Made by a program: the position numbers and the translations under genes | The notes under the pieces: generated by a model | What the model was told of the DNA's origin: nothing | What the model saw: the letters and a program-made list of their open reading frames with translations, nothing else | Database searches by the model: none | From: an uncultured delta proteobacterium | GTDB taxonomy: Bacteria; Desulfobacterota; Binatia; UBA9968 | Assembly (NCBI GenBank): GCA_963816145.1 | Contig: CAWFJP010000030.1 | Span: 1-64,000, forward strand | DNA: 64,000 bases | Direction of reading: 5' to 3' | Shown here: positions 29,269-39,618 of the stretch, in pieces | Position numbering within the stretch: the stretch's first letter is position 1 | Layout: every line of letters starts with the position of its first letter

Positions 29269-31071
29269 ATGTACGGATTTCACGGCCGCTTGCGCCACAT
29301 CGATCTGACCACCGGAAAAGATTCCTGGGTCGAACTGGATGCATCGCGGCTGCGCGCGTTTCTCGGCGGCATCGGTCTCGGCGCCAGTCTGCTCTACGAA
29401 TATGCGCCGGTGGGAGTCGATCCGTTCGCCCCGGCCAATCCATTGATCTTCACCAGCGCGCCGCTGGTTGGCACCGGCCTTACCACCACCGCCAAGTATG
29501 CCGTGGTCACCAAGTCGCCACTTACCGGTTTCATTGCCGATTCACTTTCATCGAGCTACTTCGCACTCGAGCTCAAGCGCGTCGGTCTTGACGCTCTCGT
29601 CATCACTGGCCAGGCCGCCGCATGGTCATACCTTTTCATTCAAAATGACCAAGTGAAGTTGCGCCGCGCTGAGCACTTGCGCGGCAAAAGTCCCCTCGAA
29701 AGTGAAACGGCGATCCGTGCTGAACTCGAAGTCCCAACCGCCCGCGTTGCCGCCATTGGCCAAGCCGGCGAAAACCAGGTGCGTTTCGCCACCATCAGCA
29801 ACGAAGGACGTCACGCCGGCCGCGGCGGTGTCGGCGCGGTCATGGGATCGAAGAATCTCAAGGCCATCGCGCTGTGCGGTGATCAGATTACCGCCGTCGC
29901 CGATATCGCGGGCGTCGACCGTATTGCCGAAACTCTGCGCGAGCGTAGTGTGAGCTCGATCACCGACAAGTATCGCCGGATCGGCACAGTCGCCAATCTG
30001 GCGGTTTTCAACCGCCTCGGCACTTTGCCGACGCGCAATTTTCAGCAGTCGACTTTCGATCATGCCGATGCCCTGAGCGGCGAAACCTTGACGGAAAATA
30101 ATTTCAGCCGCCGCCATGGCTGCGCCGCCTGCACGATCCGATGCGAACGCTTATTTAAAGCGATGAACGGCGAGGAGCAGCGCCTGGAATATGAAACGCT
30201 TTTCGCTCTGGGACCGCTATGCGGCATCGACAATCCCGATGTAGTACTGGAAGCCGCGCGGCTCTGTGACCTTTACGGATTGGACACAATCAGCACCGGC
30301 GGCACCATCGCTTGGGCGATGGAATGCAGCGAAAGAGGATTGTTGCCGGAAGCGAAGCGACTTCGATTCGGACGGGCCGATGAACTTCTCGCAATCATTC
30401 CAGCGATCGCCGAACGGCGCGACCTGGGCGCGCTCTTGGCCGAAGGCTCGAGGCGGGCGGCGCTCGATGTCGGTCGTGCGAGCGAGTATTGGGCCATGCA
30501 TGTCAAAGGTTTGGAATTGCCCGGCTACGAACCGCGCAGCTTGAAGAGTATGGCCTTGGGCCTCGCGGTGAGCCCGCGCGGCGCCTGCCATAATCGTTCC
30601 GGCGCCTATGAAGCAGACTTTTCCGGAGCCGTCGACCGTTTCCAAACCGATCCGCGGCGGGGCGCTCTGGTGAGCGCGTCGGAAGATTTCGCCGCGGTGC
30701 TCGATTCGTTGATCGTCTGCAAATTTCTGCGCAACTGTTTCGCTGATTTTTATCCTGAAGCCGCCGATCTGTTGAGCAAAGTCGCCGGCTGGGACTACTC
30801 AGGCGCTGAGCTCATGCGCACCGGCGCGCGTATTCATACCATGAAAAAACTGTTCAATATCCGCGAGGGCTGGCAACCCAAAGATGATTGGCTGCCCGAG
30901 CGCTTGTTGAGCGAGACGCTTCCCACCGGCATCGGTACAGGCATCGGTTTGAGTCCCGACGAGCTCCGCCAGATGATCCAGAGTTACTACCAGGCGCGCG
31001 GCTGGGATGAAAACGGATTTGTTCCGGAAACTAAGTTGACGGAGTTGTATCTTTCGACGGTCTCGGGTTGA
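29269..31071 (+). CDS. aldehyde ferredoxin oxidoreductase family (tungstopterin) enzyme
   Basis: KSPLTG, GRGGVGAVMGSKNLKA, CAACTIRC, EYET, GLDTIS and RGACH motifs. Confidence 0.92.
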   Translation: MYGFHGRLRHIDLTTGKDSWVELDASRLRAFLGGIGLGASLLYEYAPVGVDPFAPANPLIFTSAPLVGTGLTTTAKYAVVTKSPLTGFIADSLSSSYFALELKRVGLDALVITGQAAAWSYLFIQNDQVKLRRAEHLRGKSPLESETAIRAELEVPTARVAAIGQAGENQVRFATISNEGRHAGRGGVGAVMGSKNLKAIALCGDQITAVADIAGVDRIAETLRERSVSSITDKYRRIGTVANLAVFNRLGTLPTRNFQQSTFDHADALSGETLTENNFSRRHGCAACTIRCERLFKAMNGEEQRLEYETLFALGPLCGIDNPDVVLEAARLCDLYGLDTISTGGTIAWAMECSERGLLPEAKRLRFGRADELLAIIPAIAERRDLGALLAEGSRRAALDVGRASEYWAMHVKGLELPGYEPRSLKSMALGLAVSPRGACHNRSGAYEADFSGAVDRFQTDPRRGALVSASEDFAAVLDSLIVCKFLRNCFADFYPEAADLLSKVAGWDYSGAELMRTGARIHTMKKLFNIREGWQPKDDWLPERLLSETLPTGIGTGIGLSPDELRQMIQSYYQARGWDENGFVPETKLTELYLSTVSG

Positions 31072-31236
31072 CCCGAGACGCACAAGCTCGGTGACAGCTC
31101 TAGCTCGTTAGCATCACACTCCAGAGCAACCGAAACACGATTTCTTAGTTTGATAATCTCAACCCTTGTTGGGTCGTACGTAGCATGATTGTGGCGCCAG
31201 TTTTACCTACGACTGTCTAAGAGAATTCGCATCAAC

Positions 31237-32310
31237 TCAGCGCAACTGCCCGCTCCCCGGGATATGAACGAACGCGCTCATCTCATGCGGCAAGGTTGTC
31301 GGCGCCGCCTTGCAAACATATTTGGATGTAATCTGATCGATACGGGTCACGCCCAAAAGAGCCATGTCGACGACGATCTCTTCTTCCAAGAGTTCGAGTA
31401 CGCGAAGCAGGCCGTCTTTACCGCCGGCGCCGAGACCCCAGCCTTGCAACTTGCCGATGGTCACGGCGTTGGCGCCCAACGCCAGTGCTTTGACGACATC
31501 GGTACCCCGCGTTACACCGCCGTCGAGCACGATCTCCGCTTTGCCATTCACAGCCGCGACGATCTCCGGTAGTGTGTCGATGGTCCCTAGACCGTGATCC
31601 AACTGCCGCCCGCCGTGGTTGGAAACGTAGATCACATCGACGCCGTGGTCGCAGGCGATCTTGGCGTCTTCGGCTGTGGCGATGCCTTTGATGATTAGCG
31701 GCATGCCGGCGATTTTTTTGATCGCGTCCGCCATTTCCCAAGTGAGCATCGCTTGAAAAATCCGCCCGGTTTCGGTTCTGCGGCTCGGCGGCTGCCAGCG
31801 GTTGAGCAACGGCCGTTCGCGCCGGCTGTAATGCGCCGTGTCCACTGTGAGACAGAGCGCCATGTAGCCCGCCTTTTTCACCCGTCCGACGATCTCGGCG
31901 CACCAGTCCAGGCCGCCGCGAATGTAGAGCTGAAAAATTTTCGGATGATTAGTGCACGCAGCGATCTCCTCAAGCGTTGGCTGTGTCACCGAGCTGACGA
32001 AGTTCATGGTGCCGAACTCCGCCGCCGCCTTCGCCACCGCGGCGCCGCCCTCGGGCGTAATGGTTTGCAGCGAACCAATGGGCGCCATCATGACCGGGAT
32101 CCGCAGCTTCTGTCCGAGAAACGTCGTCGACGTGTCGACTTTGGAAACGTCCACCAGCACCCGTGGCCGTAAACCCAAACTGTCGAAGCCCAACCGGTTG
32201 CGCCGCATGGTGGTTTCCGACTCCGCGCCGCCGGTGAGATAATCCCACACATCCTGAGGCAGATTGCGATGCGCCGCCTGAATAATTTCTTGATTGCTGA
32301 CGTAGTCCAT
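31237..32310 (-). CDS. FMN-dependent alpha-hydroxy acid oxidase/dehydrogenase
   Basis: SNHGGRQLD, DGGVTRGTDVVKALALGA and LTVD motifs; ATG 32310 after AAGGAG. Confidence 0.93.
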   Translation of the reverse strand: MDYVSNQEIIQAAHRNLPQDVWDYLTGGAESETTMRRNRLGFDSLGLRPRVLVDVSKVDTSTTFLGQKLRIPVMMAPIGSLQTITPEGGAAVAKAAAEFGTMNFVSSVTQPTLEEIAACTNHPKIFQLYIRGGLDWCAEIVGRVKKAGYMALCLTVDTAHYSRRERPLLNRWQPPSRRTETGRIFQAMLTWEMADAIKKIAGMPLIIKGIATAEDAKIACDHGVDVIYVSNHGGRQLDHGLGTIDTLPEIVAAVNGKAEIVLDGGVTRGTDVVKALALGANAVTIGKLQGWGLGAGGKDGLLRVLELLEEEIVVDMALLGVTRIDQITSKYVCKAAPTTLPHEMSAFVHIPGSGQLR

Positions 32311-32414
32311 GGGGTTTTTCTCCTTTTGTTCGCGATCAATGGTTGCGAGGTAAATCGAACCGCACACTATCGAACCCTGTAGCGGGCTGTCAAATCTATT
32401 TACCCCTCAAACAC

Positions 32415-32441
32415 AAAAGGGCGGCTCATCGCCTCCCCTTT
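32415..32441. terminator. putative intrinsic terminator
   Basis: AAAAGGGCGGC-TCATC-GCCTCCCCTTTT hairpin with A/T tracts on both sides. Confidence 0.5.
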
Positions 32442-32444
32442 CTA

Positions 32445-32476
32445 AACTTGAATTTTTGAACCCTTGAACCTTGAAC
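32445..32476. repeat. short TTGAAC-type tandem repeat (similar copy at 42501-42531)
   Basis: AACTTGAATTTTTGAACCCTTGAACCTTGAAC. Confidence 0.55.
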
Positions 32477-32503
32477 GAGTTATTTACAGTTCATCGCCGG
32501 CTT

Positions 32504-33044
32504 TTAAACCTGATGCAGCGTCGTGCCGCTGCTGCCGCCCTGGGTCGTGCCGCCGTCGGTCAAGTGAATCAGTCCTTTGACAAACGCCATGCGCGTCACG
32601 CCGTGCACGGGGATCGGCATATTCTCCAAAACCGGTGCCTCAACTGTCGGTAACAGGATTGTAGTAGGCGTGATCGGGATAGATGCCGTAGGAATGGTCC
32701 GGATTGCCCTCGCCGCCGAACTAATGGAAACAGCCGTTGGCAGCGATCCCATTGACGCCGCCGCGCGGCCGCAACATCGAGCGCCGTTTCGACCATTGAT
32801 TGGTTTGGGGATCGAAAACTTCGACGACATCGGTGCGCTCGCTGCGGAAACCGCGTTCAAGGCGCCCGACGACGACATAAATCTTGCCGTCGAGCTCAGC
32901 CACCGCGATCTCCGAATTGGCCACCGGCACCGTCGCCAACAAGCTCCAGCCGTCGTACATCGGCTTGCGCTCTTGCAAGGCACACCCGGTAACGGCGAAT
33001 AGCAATATCACAAGTGATGCGAATCTGCCAGTTTGTGAAACCAT
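32504..33044 (-). pseudogene. degraded Kelch-repeat lipoprotein
   Basis: Lipobox VTGC and Kelch motif VEVFDPQTNQW; in-frame TAG at 32721 followed by FGGEG; TGA and frameshift near 32640, resuming ENMPIPVHGV. Confidence 0.75.
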
Positions 33045-33082
33045 CTGGAGACAACTCTATCATTTCTTCCGCTACGAGTTAG

Positions 33083-34756
33083 TCAGCGCGTCACCGCGCC
33101 TTCTGACGCCGACGACACGAGCTTGGCATACTTGGCCATGACGCCGGTTTTGTAACGCGGCTCGGGCGCTTTCCACTGGCTCAAGCGCGATTTCAGTTCC
33201 TGCTCGGAGATTTCCACGTCGAGGCGGCGCGCCTTAATGTCGAACAAGATCGAATCGCCGTCACGCAGCGCGGCGATCGGCCCCCCATGGGCCGCTTCCG
33301 GTGCCACATGGCCCGCCATCAGTCCATGAGTCGCGCCGGAAAATCGGCCGTCGGTGAGCAATGCGACGGAATCGCCCAAGCCTGCGCCCACCAAGGCGGC
33401 GGTAACGCCCAACATTTCGCGCATGCCGGGACCGCCCTTTGGCCCCTCGTAGCGAATTACCACAACGTCGTTGTCTTTAATCTTACCTGCTTGCACGGCG
33501 GCAAACGCTTCTTCTTCACGGTCAAACACCCGAGCCGGACCGCGGTGAATCATCCGTTCATGGCCGGCAACTTTGACGACGCAGCCCTCCGAAGCCAAGT
33601 TGCCTTTGAGGATCACCAGACCGCCGGTGGCCTTGAGTGGATTGTTGGTTGCTCGCACCACTTCTTGTCCGGCAGTCTCCTTGGTCATCTCGGCCGCCTC
33701 GGCGAGGGTATTACCGGTGACGGTGATCGTGTCGCCATGAATCAAGCCGGCATCGAGCAAACGCTTGGCCACCAGTTGAATGCCGCCGGCGTGATAAAGA
33801 TCGCTGGCGACAAACCGTCCGCCGGGTTTGAGATCGGCGATCAGCGGTGTCCGATCGCTGATCGTATCGAAGTCGTCGATGTTGAGTTCCACGCCGGCTT
33901 CGCGCGCGATCGCCAGCAAATGCAGCACCGCATTGGTCGATCCGCCGGTGGCGGCCACAGAGGCGATGGCGTTCTCGATCGACTTGCGGGTGATAATCTT
34001 CGACGGCCGCAGATCGCGCTTGAGAAGTTCCATCACCAGCTTGCCGGCGTTGAAAGCTGCATCGTCCTTTTCGGCAACCGTCGCTGGGATGCCGTTGCTG
34101 CCCATAGGCGAGATGCCGAGAAACTCCATCACCGTAGACATGGTGTTGGCGGTGAACTGGCCGCCGCAGGCGCCGGCGCCCGGGCAGGCGGCGTTTTCTA
34201 CGGCGAGAAATTGTTTTTCATCGATGCGCTTACTGGCATAGGCGCCCACCGCTTCGAAGACATCTTGAATGGTCAAATCTTTGCCGCCCAAATGACCCGG
34301 CGCGATCGAACCGCCATAGAGCGCGAGACCGGGAATATCGAGGCGCGCCAGCGCCATGACCACGCCGGGGTTGGTTTTATCGCAACCGGAGAGACAGACC
34401 AATCCGTCGAAATGGTTGCCGCGAGCGACCAACTCGATGGAATCGGCGATCACCTCGCGACTGATCAGGGAGCACTTCATGCCTTCGACGCCCATGCTGA
34501 TGCCGTCGGAGATCGATACGGTGTTGAACTCCATCGGCGTGCCGCCGGCGGCGCGGATGCCCTCTTTCACCTTCACCGCCAGGCGGCGCAAGTGATAGTT
34601 GCATGGGCCGATTTCGATCCAGGTATTGGCCACGCCGATGATCGGTCGGCGCAGATCTTCGTCGGAAAAACCCGCTGCCTTGAGCATCGCCCGGGTCGGC
34701 GCCCGGTCCGGACCATCGGTAATCGCCCCGCTGCGGGGCTTTAAACTGTCAGCCAT
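33083..34756 (-). CDS. ilvD: dihydroxy-acid dehydratase
   Basis: [33 protein letters not shown] and TDGRFSG motifs. Confidence 0.96.
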   Translation of the reverse strand: MADSLKPRSGAITDGPDRAPTRAMLKAAGFSDEDLRRPIIGVANTWIEIGPCNYHLRRLAVKVKEGIRAAGGTPMEFNTVSISDGISMGVEGMKCSLISREVIADSIELVARGNHFDGLVCLSGCDKTNPGVVMALARLDIPGLALYGGSIAPGHLGGKDLTIQDVFEAVGAYASKRIDEKQFLAVENAACPGAGACGGQFTANTMSTVMEFLGISPMGSNGIPATVAEKDDAAFNAGKLVMELLKRDLRPSKIITRKSIENAIASVAATGGSTNAVLHLLAIAREAGVELNIDDFDTISDRTPLIADLKPGGRFVASDLYHAGGIQLVAKRLLDAGLIHGDTITVTGNTLAEAAEMTKETAGQEVVRATNNPLKATGGLVILKGNLASEGCVVKVAGHERMIHRGPARVFDREEEAFAAVQAGKIKDNDVVVIRYEGPKGGPGMREMLGVTAALVGAGLGDSVALLTDGRFSGATHGLMAGHVAPEAAHGGPIAALRDGDSILFDIKARRLDVEISEQELKSRLSQWKAPEPRYKTGVMAKYAKLVSSASEGAVTR

Positions 34757-34870
34757 GGAAAACTCCTTCGAAAATAGTGAGGCATTCAATTAACTATGGC
34801 ATCCCCTGATTTGCAAGCAGAGACGGCGCCGCATTAGATTAGGCAGTTACGTGCGCCAAAGGAACCGCCA

Positions 34871-34980
34871 ATGAATTAAATCGCCTATCGCTACGGCAAC
34901 GCCATCGATGTCGACCAAGTCATCGAACTCTACCGCGCCTAGACCTTGGCCGCCACCGCCTCCCCTCTCGCCGATCCCAG
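34871..34980 (+). pseudogene. 5' remnant of a GNAT acetyltransferase
   Basis: Reads MN*IAYRYGNAIDVDQVIELYRA*TLA after AAGGA; resembles GNAT N-termini (DLDQVIELYRASTLG) with two stops. Confidence 0.5.
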
Positions 34981-35142
34981 CTGAGGTACAGATTTCATCG
35001 AGGCGCTTTCAGTATGCAACGGTTTTCGCTAAGATACTGAGAATTTACCGGGCGTTGAGCTTTGCAACCTATCGGCGTCACTGGTCAGCTGAGTAGCAGC
35101 AGACCGGCCACTGGTTGGGCTCATTCACAACAGGGAGAAAAA

Positions 35143-36144
35143 GTGAAAATATTTGCCGACAGAATTTTTCAAAGCATGCTACTTGCCGCACTCATATTAG
35201 TCGCGCCGCTGCCAGCGCGCGGGCAAAAACCAGTGATGGTTGGAGTCGCCGGCCCAGCGGTTAATTTAACCTACGCTTACCTAACGCAGGACACCGGGCT
35301 TTGGCGCAAATATGGCGTCGACGCAAGGGTCGTGTTGTTCGAATCGGGTTCAACCTTGGCCATGGTCGCCCGCTCGGGTGAGGTCAGCTTCGCGATCAAT
35401 TCCGGCCCAACCGTTATCGCTGCGCGGACTCAGGGGGCCGACTCCATCATGGTCGCGGTTATGGTCAACACCCTTCCCTATAGCTTGGTTACCGCCAAAG
35501 GGATTACCACTTGGAATCAACTCAAAGGCAAAAAGGTCGGCATCAGCCGCTTCGGTTCCGGTACCGACACTGCCATACGACTGCTGGTCAAACGTTTTGG
35601 CCTCGATCCGGCGAAGGATTTAGTGATCCTACAAGGCGGCACCCAGCCCAGCCGGCTCCAAGCGGTCCTAGCCGGCTCCCTGGACGCGACCTTGGTCTCA
35701 CCGCCCCTCGACTTGACGGCAAAAAAGCTAGGGCTGTCGATCCTAGTGAACATCGCCGATCTGGGGATTGCCTATCCCCAGTTAGTGATCGAGACATCCG
35801 AGCGCTACAACCGCGAGCAGCCGATGGTGGTGAAAAACTTCTTGAAGGGCTTTATCGAAGGAATTTACTACGCCGCTAGCCACAAAGAAGAAACCAAGAA
35901 GACCATCACCAAGTACCTCAAGACCGACGACCCGGAGATTCTTGAAGCGACGCACCAGAGCTTTTTGCAAGTAACCGATTATACCGGCGTGCCCAACCTC
36001 GAAGGCATTCGCAACGCGATGGATGAAGTCGCGGTTCGTATGCCGGCGGTGAAGACAAAAAAGCCTGAGGACTTTATCGATACCCGATTTCTAAAGGAAC
36101 TTGAGAAGGAAGGCTTCTTCAAACAGTTTCAAAAGAAGACTTAA
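35143..36144 (+). CDS. ABC substrate-binding protein, NMT1/SsuA-like (orphan)
   Basis: Signal peptide; LKGKKVGISRFGSGT and DFIDTRFLKELEKEGF motifs. Confidence 0.88.
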   Translation: MKIFADRIFQSMLLAALILVAPLPARGQKPVMVGVAGPAVNLTYAYLTQDTGLWRKYGVDARVVLFESGSTLAMVARSGEVSFAINSGPTVIAARTQGADSIMVAVMVNTLPYSLVTAKGITTWNQLKGKKVGISRFGSGTDTAIRLLVKRFGLDPAKDLVILQGGTQPSRLQAVLAGSLDATLVSPPLDLTAKKLGLSILVNIADLGIAYPQLVIETSERYNREQPMVVKNFLKGFIEGIYYAASHKEETKKTITKYLKTDDPEILEATHQSFLQVTDYTGVPNLEGIRNAMDEVAVRMPAVKTKKPEDFIDTRFLKELEKEGFFKQFQKKT

Positions 36145-36194
36145 TCCGGAGAAAGCGCCAAGGGACGAGCGCCTAGGAACCGCGAGACCGCAGC

Positions 36195-36368
36195 TCAAAC
36201 TTGGAAATCGCTGGCTTCGGCCTCCGGTTTCTGGCGTCGCCGTAACAATCGTTCCCAGGGCAATTGGGTTGTCTGTAATGCGCGCTTCGGCTTCTCGACA
36301 AACATGCGCAGCGTGTTGACGACAAAGATAGTGGCCAACAAACCGTAGGTAATTAAATCGAAAATCAT
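36195..36368 (-). CDS. small single-TM membrane protein (57 aa)
   Basis: RBS GGAGG 36377-36373; hydrophobic N-terminus, basic tail; sigma54 promoter upstream. Confidence 0.6.
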   Translation of the reverse strand: MIFDLITYGLLATIFVVNTLRMFVEKPKRALQTTQLPWERLLRRRQKPEAEASDFQV

Positions 36369-36421
36369 GCGGCCTCCCAAGGGACGGACTGTTCGTGTAA
36401 CGACAATCCGGGGGCTAGGTG

Positions 36422-36465
36422 AGCAAAACCTAAGCCACAAATTCGAGCCCCGTAAATATTTGAAA
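36422..36465 (-). promoter_or_regulatory. sigma54 -24/-12 promoter with IHF-like site
   Basis: Minus-strand TGGCTTAGGTTTTGCT (36437-36422, GG-N10-GC); TTTCAAATATTTA (36465-36453). Confidence 0.55.
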
Positions 36466-36625
36466 TCCCGTTACTTTGAATTGTCCATCGGGTGGTTTTG
36501 AGTGAATTTTGCGCAGTTCATTGCTCAGCCCGACGCAAAAAGCACGAAAACACTGGATCAGCTACGTGCAAAGTCCGATCCGACGGGGTATCATTGAATT
36601 GGCAATTTCAGGAGCGGATGAATCA

Positions 36626-37258
36626 GTGACCGGTCGCCCAAACCTTCCTGTTTTTGGCAAGATATTTGGCGTCATAGTTCTTGGCGGGGCGCTCGCCATG
36701 ACCTTCGGTTGTTCGAGCGTCGAAACCAAACCGTCCCCGGTTGACCAACGTGAACGCCTTAAAGAAAAAGTCGACCAGGTGATCGCCAATGGCGAACTCG
36801 ATCCGGTACCGGCTAATACCACCCGCTTTACCGAAGCCGAACTCAACTCAATTTTGACCAGCCAGATCGCCGGGTGGATTCCCAACGGCCTCAGCGAGCC
36901 GCAGGTACGGCTTCTCGGCAACGAGCGATTTTCCCTGCGCGTCCTCGTCGATATCGACGAGTTCAAGCGCCGGCGCAAACGCCAGCAGAGCGCCGGTCCG
37001 CTCAATTTTTTAAGTGGCAAGATGCCCGCGCTGGTGCGCGGCGATCTCATCACCAGCGACGGCAAAGGCCAATTCAAATTACAGTCCACCGAAGTGAACG
37101 GCATTCCCCTGCCGCGAGCCCTGGCGCTGGAGCTGCTTTCGACGCACACAAAAACGCGCCGCAACCCAGAGGGGTTCAATATTGAAAAACCTTTCGACCT
37201 ACCCGCCAAGATTCGCCAGCTGCAAATAAATCCCGCGGAGCTTGTCGTGATCCAGTAA
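36626..37258 (+). CDS. hypothetical lipoprotein
   Basis: Hydrophobic segment ending in lipobox TFGC; start uncertain. Confidence 0.6.
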   Translation: MTGRPNLPVFGKIFGVIVLGGALAMTFGCSSVETKPSPVDQRERLKEKVDQVIANGELDPVPANTTRFTEAELNSILTSQIAGWIPNGLSEPQVRLLGNERFSLRVLVDIDEFKRRRKRQQSAGPLNFLSGKMPALVRGDLITSDGKGQFKLQSTEVNGIPLPRALALELLSTHTKTRRNPEGFNIEKPFDLPAKIRQLQINPAELVVIQ

Positions 37259-37417
37259 CCGCGTCAGCGGAGATGCGGCACGAGTCCCTCGCGCAAACTC
37301 CCCTCAGCCAGCGCTGCTACCGATCGCAGCCAACGCAGATGGGCGAACACAGCGGCTCCCCCCCTGCAAGTCCGATTCCTTTGTTGCGCGCATTACGTTC
37401 TTCGCGGCCAATTCTCT

Positions 37418-38347
37418 CTAGAGATGCGGCATGATCTCCTTGGCGCAAATTTCTAGATGCTCGGCTTCGTCGAACATCGGGTTGAAGACGATGAACTGGG
37501 CGCCGGCTTTGACGATCTCTTGGATTTTTTCGGTGACCTCTGCGGCATTGCCCCAGATCGACACCCGGGCGCCGAGCTCGGCGTTTTTGTAACGCTTGGC
37601 GAACCACTCGCGAATCCGCTTCTCGCCGCGCGCCTTGTCGTTGTCGACGGTCATATATACCCGCTTGCCGTAGCTGAAGGTCGCCGGGTCGCGCTTAGCG
37701 TCAGTCAAGAACTGGCGAATCTGCGCCGACTCGCGCACGAAGGCATTCGCAGACGACGAGCCCGCGCCCATCCAGCCGTTGCCGTATTTCACCGCGCGTT
37801 TGAGAGCGTTTTCATGATGACCGCCGAACCATAGCGGCAGATGCGGTCTTTGTATTGGCTTGGGCTCCATCGAGACATCGTCGAAATTCCAATAGCGTCC
37901 ATGAAAGCTCGCCTTGGGCTCGGTCCACAGGAGCTTCATGATCTGCACCGCTTCCGTGAAGCGCGTCACCCGCCCCTCGCGTGTGTAACCGAAGACCTCC
38001 TCATGGGAGCCCAGATGGCCGCCGCCGAGACCGACGCCGATGATCGCCCGCCCGCCGCTCATGACGTCGAGCGTCGAATAGGCCTTAGCCAGCTGCACCG
38101 GGTTGCGCAGCGGCAAGAGAATCACCGAAGTGCCCAGCTTTAATTTTGTCGTAATCGCCGCAACGTAACTGAGCAGCGTAACCGGTTCGAGCATGGTGAA
38201 ATCGCCAATCACCCGCTCCTGCAACCACAGACTGTCGAAGCCCAGCGTCTCCGCCCGCGTTGCGAATTTGCGGATATGTTCCATATCGGCCGGCCCGTCG
38301 AAAAACACCTGCGGCAGCTCAATACCGCAGGGAGTGTGATTTGCCAT
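37418..38347 (-). CDS. LLM-class flavin/F420-dependent oxidoreductase
   Basis: AETLGFDSLW, EPVTLL, TLDVMSGGR and PKPIQRPHLPLWFGG motifs. Confidence 0.92.
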   Translation of the reverse strand: MANHTPCGIELPQVFFDGPADMEHIRKFATRAETLGFDSLWLQERVIGDFTMLEPVTLLSYVAAITTKLKLGTSVILLPLRNPVQLAKAYSTLDVMSGGRAIIGVGLGGGHLGSHEEVFGYTREGRVTRFTEAVQIMKLLWTEPKASFHGRYWNFDDVSMEPKPIQRPHLPLWFGGHHENALKRAVKYGNGWMGAGSSSANAFVRESAQIRQFLTDAKRDPATFSYGKRVYMTVDNDKARGEKRIREWFAKRYKNAELGARVSIWGNAAEVTEKIQEIVKAGAQFIVFNPMFDEAEHLEICAKEIMPHL

Positions 38348-38384
38348 AATCTGCCGTCTCCTGAAAAAAAAGAATCACGAATAC

Positions 38385-38457
38385 TCACCACGAAGATCAC
38401 GAAGGACAAGAAGGTTTCGGAAATTTGTTGTTCCGAACTTCGTGCTCTTCGTGGTGA
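38385..38457. repeat. CACCACGAAG-family palindromic element
   Basis: TCACCACGAAGATCACGAAG...TTCGGAA-loop-TTCCGAACTTCGTGCTCTTCGTGGTGA. Confidence 0.85.
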
Positions 38458-38466
38458 AAGTCTTTT

Positions 38467-39618
38467 CTAATCCACCCCATATAGCCGCGCGCAGTTGTCC
38501 CACAGAATCTTCTTGCGCGCGCGGCTCGGCATCTCCATCGCCATAAAATGATTCACGGCGTCGGGCCAATGCGAGTCGGCGTGGGGATAATCCGTCGAGA
38601 TCACGACGTTGCCGTCACCGATACGCTTGACCACATCGCCGACCAGATTCTCTTCGACATCGACGGAGATAAAGCACTGGCGCAGGAAATAATCGCTCGG
38701 TTTCATGCTCATCGATTCGTTACAGTACTCCTTGCGCATTTCCCAGCGCTCGTCCAAACGGTACAGCGCCCAGGGCAGCCAGCTGCAATTGCCTTCGAGA
38801 AACGCGACGCGAAGCTTGGGGAATCGTTCGAGCACCCCGCCAGCGCAAAAGCTGCCGACGGCAAACATCAGCTCGATGGGATTGCGGAAGGCGTTGATCA
38901 ACACCGCTTCGTTGGATTGGCCGCGAAAACGGTGCACCGCTTGGTCTTGATTGGGGCTCGCCGCCGGATGGAAACAGACCGGCACGCCAAGTTTTTCCGC
39001 TTCGCGCCACACCGGATCGTAGTAGCGGTCGTGAATATGTTTGCCATTGCTCGGCTCCGGCACCAGACAAAGACCTATCGCGCCCAACTCGTTAATCGCG
39101 CGCCGGGTCTCATCCACCGCCAGATCAACATCATGCAGCGTGATCAGCGCCGATGGCCGCAGCCGTTGCGGATCGGCTTTGCAGAAATCCGCCATCCAGT
39201 CGTTCCAAGCCCGGCACAGCGCATTGGCATACTCGGGCTCCAAACTATCGTCGCAGTGCAGCGGAAAAGTCCGGAACAACACCGCGACGTCCAAGCCCTC
39301 GTCGTCCATCGCCGCCAACTGCGACACGGCGTCGTAGTCGCGCGCCAGGGGTTTGGCATACCGATGCGCCACCTGAGCTTCTCCCGGCGAGCTTTCGCCG
39401 CTATTTCGCTTGGGGGTGGTGGCGGCTAACACTTGGGTTCCCGAAGGACGCAGCGGCCGGCCGTCAGAGTAAGTAAACTTAATCTGCCCATGTTTGGTCC
39501 GCGGTTTACCGCGTGGGATGCGCTCGCCCCATTTGGGGTCCATGTACTTCTCGTAGAGGTCATACGGCTCGAACACATGCATGTCGCTGTCGAGAATCTT
39601 GTAACCATCTCGCGCCAT
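38467..39618 (-). CDS. amidohydrolase_2 family protein
   Basis: DSDMHVFEP, FHP, LERFPKLRVAFLE and STDYPHAD motifs. Confidence 0.9.
   Translation of the reverse strand: MARDGYKILDSDMHVFEPYDLYEKYMDPKWGERIPRGKPRTKHGQIKFTYSDGRPLRPSGTQVLAATTPKRNSGESSPGEAQVAHRYAKPLARDYDAVSQLAAMDDEGLDVAVLFRTFPLHCDDSLEPEYANALCRAWNDWMADFCKADPQRLRPSALITLHDVDLAVDETRRAINELGAIGLCLVPEPSNGKHIHDRYYDPVWREAEKLGVPVCFHPAASPNQDQAVHRFRGQSNEAVLINAFRNPIELMFAVGSFCAGGVLERFPKLRVAFLEGNCSWLPWALYRLDERWEMRKEYCNESMSMKPSDYFLRQCFISVDVEENLVGDVVKRIGDGNVVISTDYPHADSHWPDAVNHFMAMEMPSRARKKILWDNCARLYGVD

Noticed and set aside
31072-31236. Possible PIN/DUF5615 relic (minus-strand MRILLD...)
   Set aside because: Only six residues resemble the family, followed by a stop; not supportable.
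33287-34744. 485-aa ORF antisense to ilvD, and similar long antisense ORFs (1719-2540, 25961-26974, 52243-53397)
   Set aside because: Shadow ORFs from high-GC codon bias opposite well-supported genes; no recognisable motifs.
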